IMG/VR virus record: IMGVR_UViG_3300017912_000876
Coordinates: 1-25,415 of that record
DNA: 25,415 bases
Strand: one strand, 5' to 3'
Source of the DNA: a virus
Lineage: Duplodnaviria > Caudoviricetes
Made by a program: the position numbers and the translations under genes. Shown piece by piece: positions 25,300 to 25,415 of this stretch; position 1 is the stretch's first letter, and each line of letters opens with the position of its first letter. Under the pieces are notes generated by a model. It was not told where the DNA came from, did not search any database, and saw only the letters and a program-made list of their open reading frames with translations.

Positions 25300-25415
25300 T
25301 TGAAAAACAAACTAAGAAAACTTATTAAACCATTTCATCACAAAGACAGACGGTATAGAACTACATATGCCGATATGTTTTTATGGTTTGATATATTGAA
25401 CAATATTTTATTTGA
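25300..25415 (+). CDS. 3'-truncated ORF, possibly the start of a SprT-like protein
   Basis: Open from TTG 25300 to the window end; WFDILNNILF resembles the F..LN...F start of SprT domains. Confidence 0.35.
   Translation, partial: MKNKLRKLIKPFHHKDRRYRTTYADMFLWFDILNNILF

Noticed and set aside
1-25415. CRISPR array, tRNA genes, stop-codon reassignment
   Set aside because: No regularly spaced repeats or cloverleaf seen by eye in the short intergenic regions; conserved genes are full length in the standard code and all three stop codons are used

Overview
AT-rich segment of a T4-like myovirus genome, most likely a marine phage of a heterotrophic alphaproteobacterium (SAR11/SAR116-like; host is an inference). 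Nearly all genes are on the + strand. From left to right: (1) 1-5304, a late/virion-associated block with a T4 late promoter TATAAATA, a HAD nucleotidase and several proteins starting with an MK(T/S/K)F-type leader; (2) 5306-7278, a lysis-like cassette of DUF1353, a small membrane protein, overlapping i-/o-spanin candidates and a coiled-coil/TM protein, with no recognisable endolysin; (3) a lone minus-strand pstS preceded by proteobacterial-type Pho boxes; (4) 8673-16330, primase gp61, nrdA, nrdB, a Zn-ribbon, a PD-(D/E)xK nuclease, two glycosyltransferases and a nucleotide-sugar dehydrogenase; (5) 16330-25415, early/accessory genes under a family of related sigma70-type promoters, including DUF4385, peptide deformylase, a lipoprotein cluster, glutaredoxin and RNase H. 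The strongest leads are host-regulator-like sites (Pho boxes, alphaproteobacterial LexA-type boxes), the sugar-modification cassette coupled to the nucleotide module, the DUF1353 lysis cassette and the putative capsid-targeted proteins. All family assignments come from motifs recognised by eye; no searches were run.
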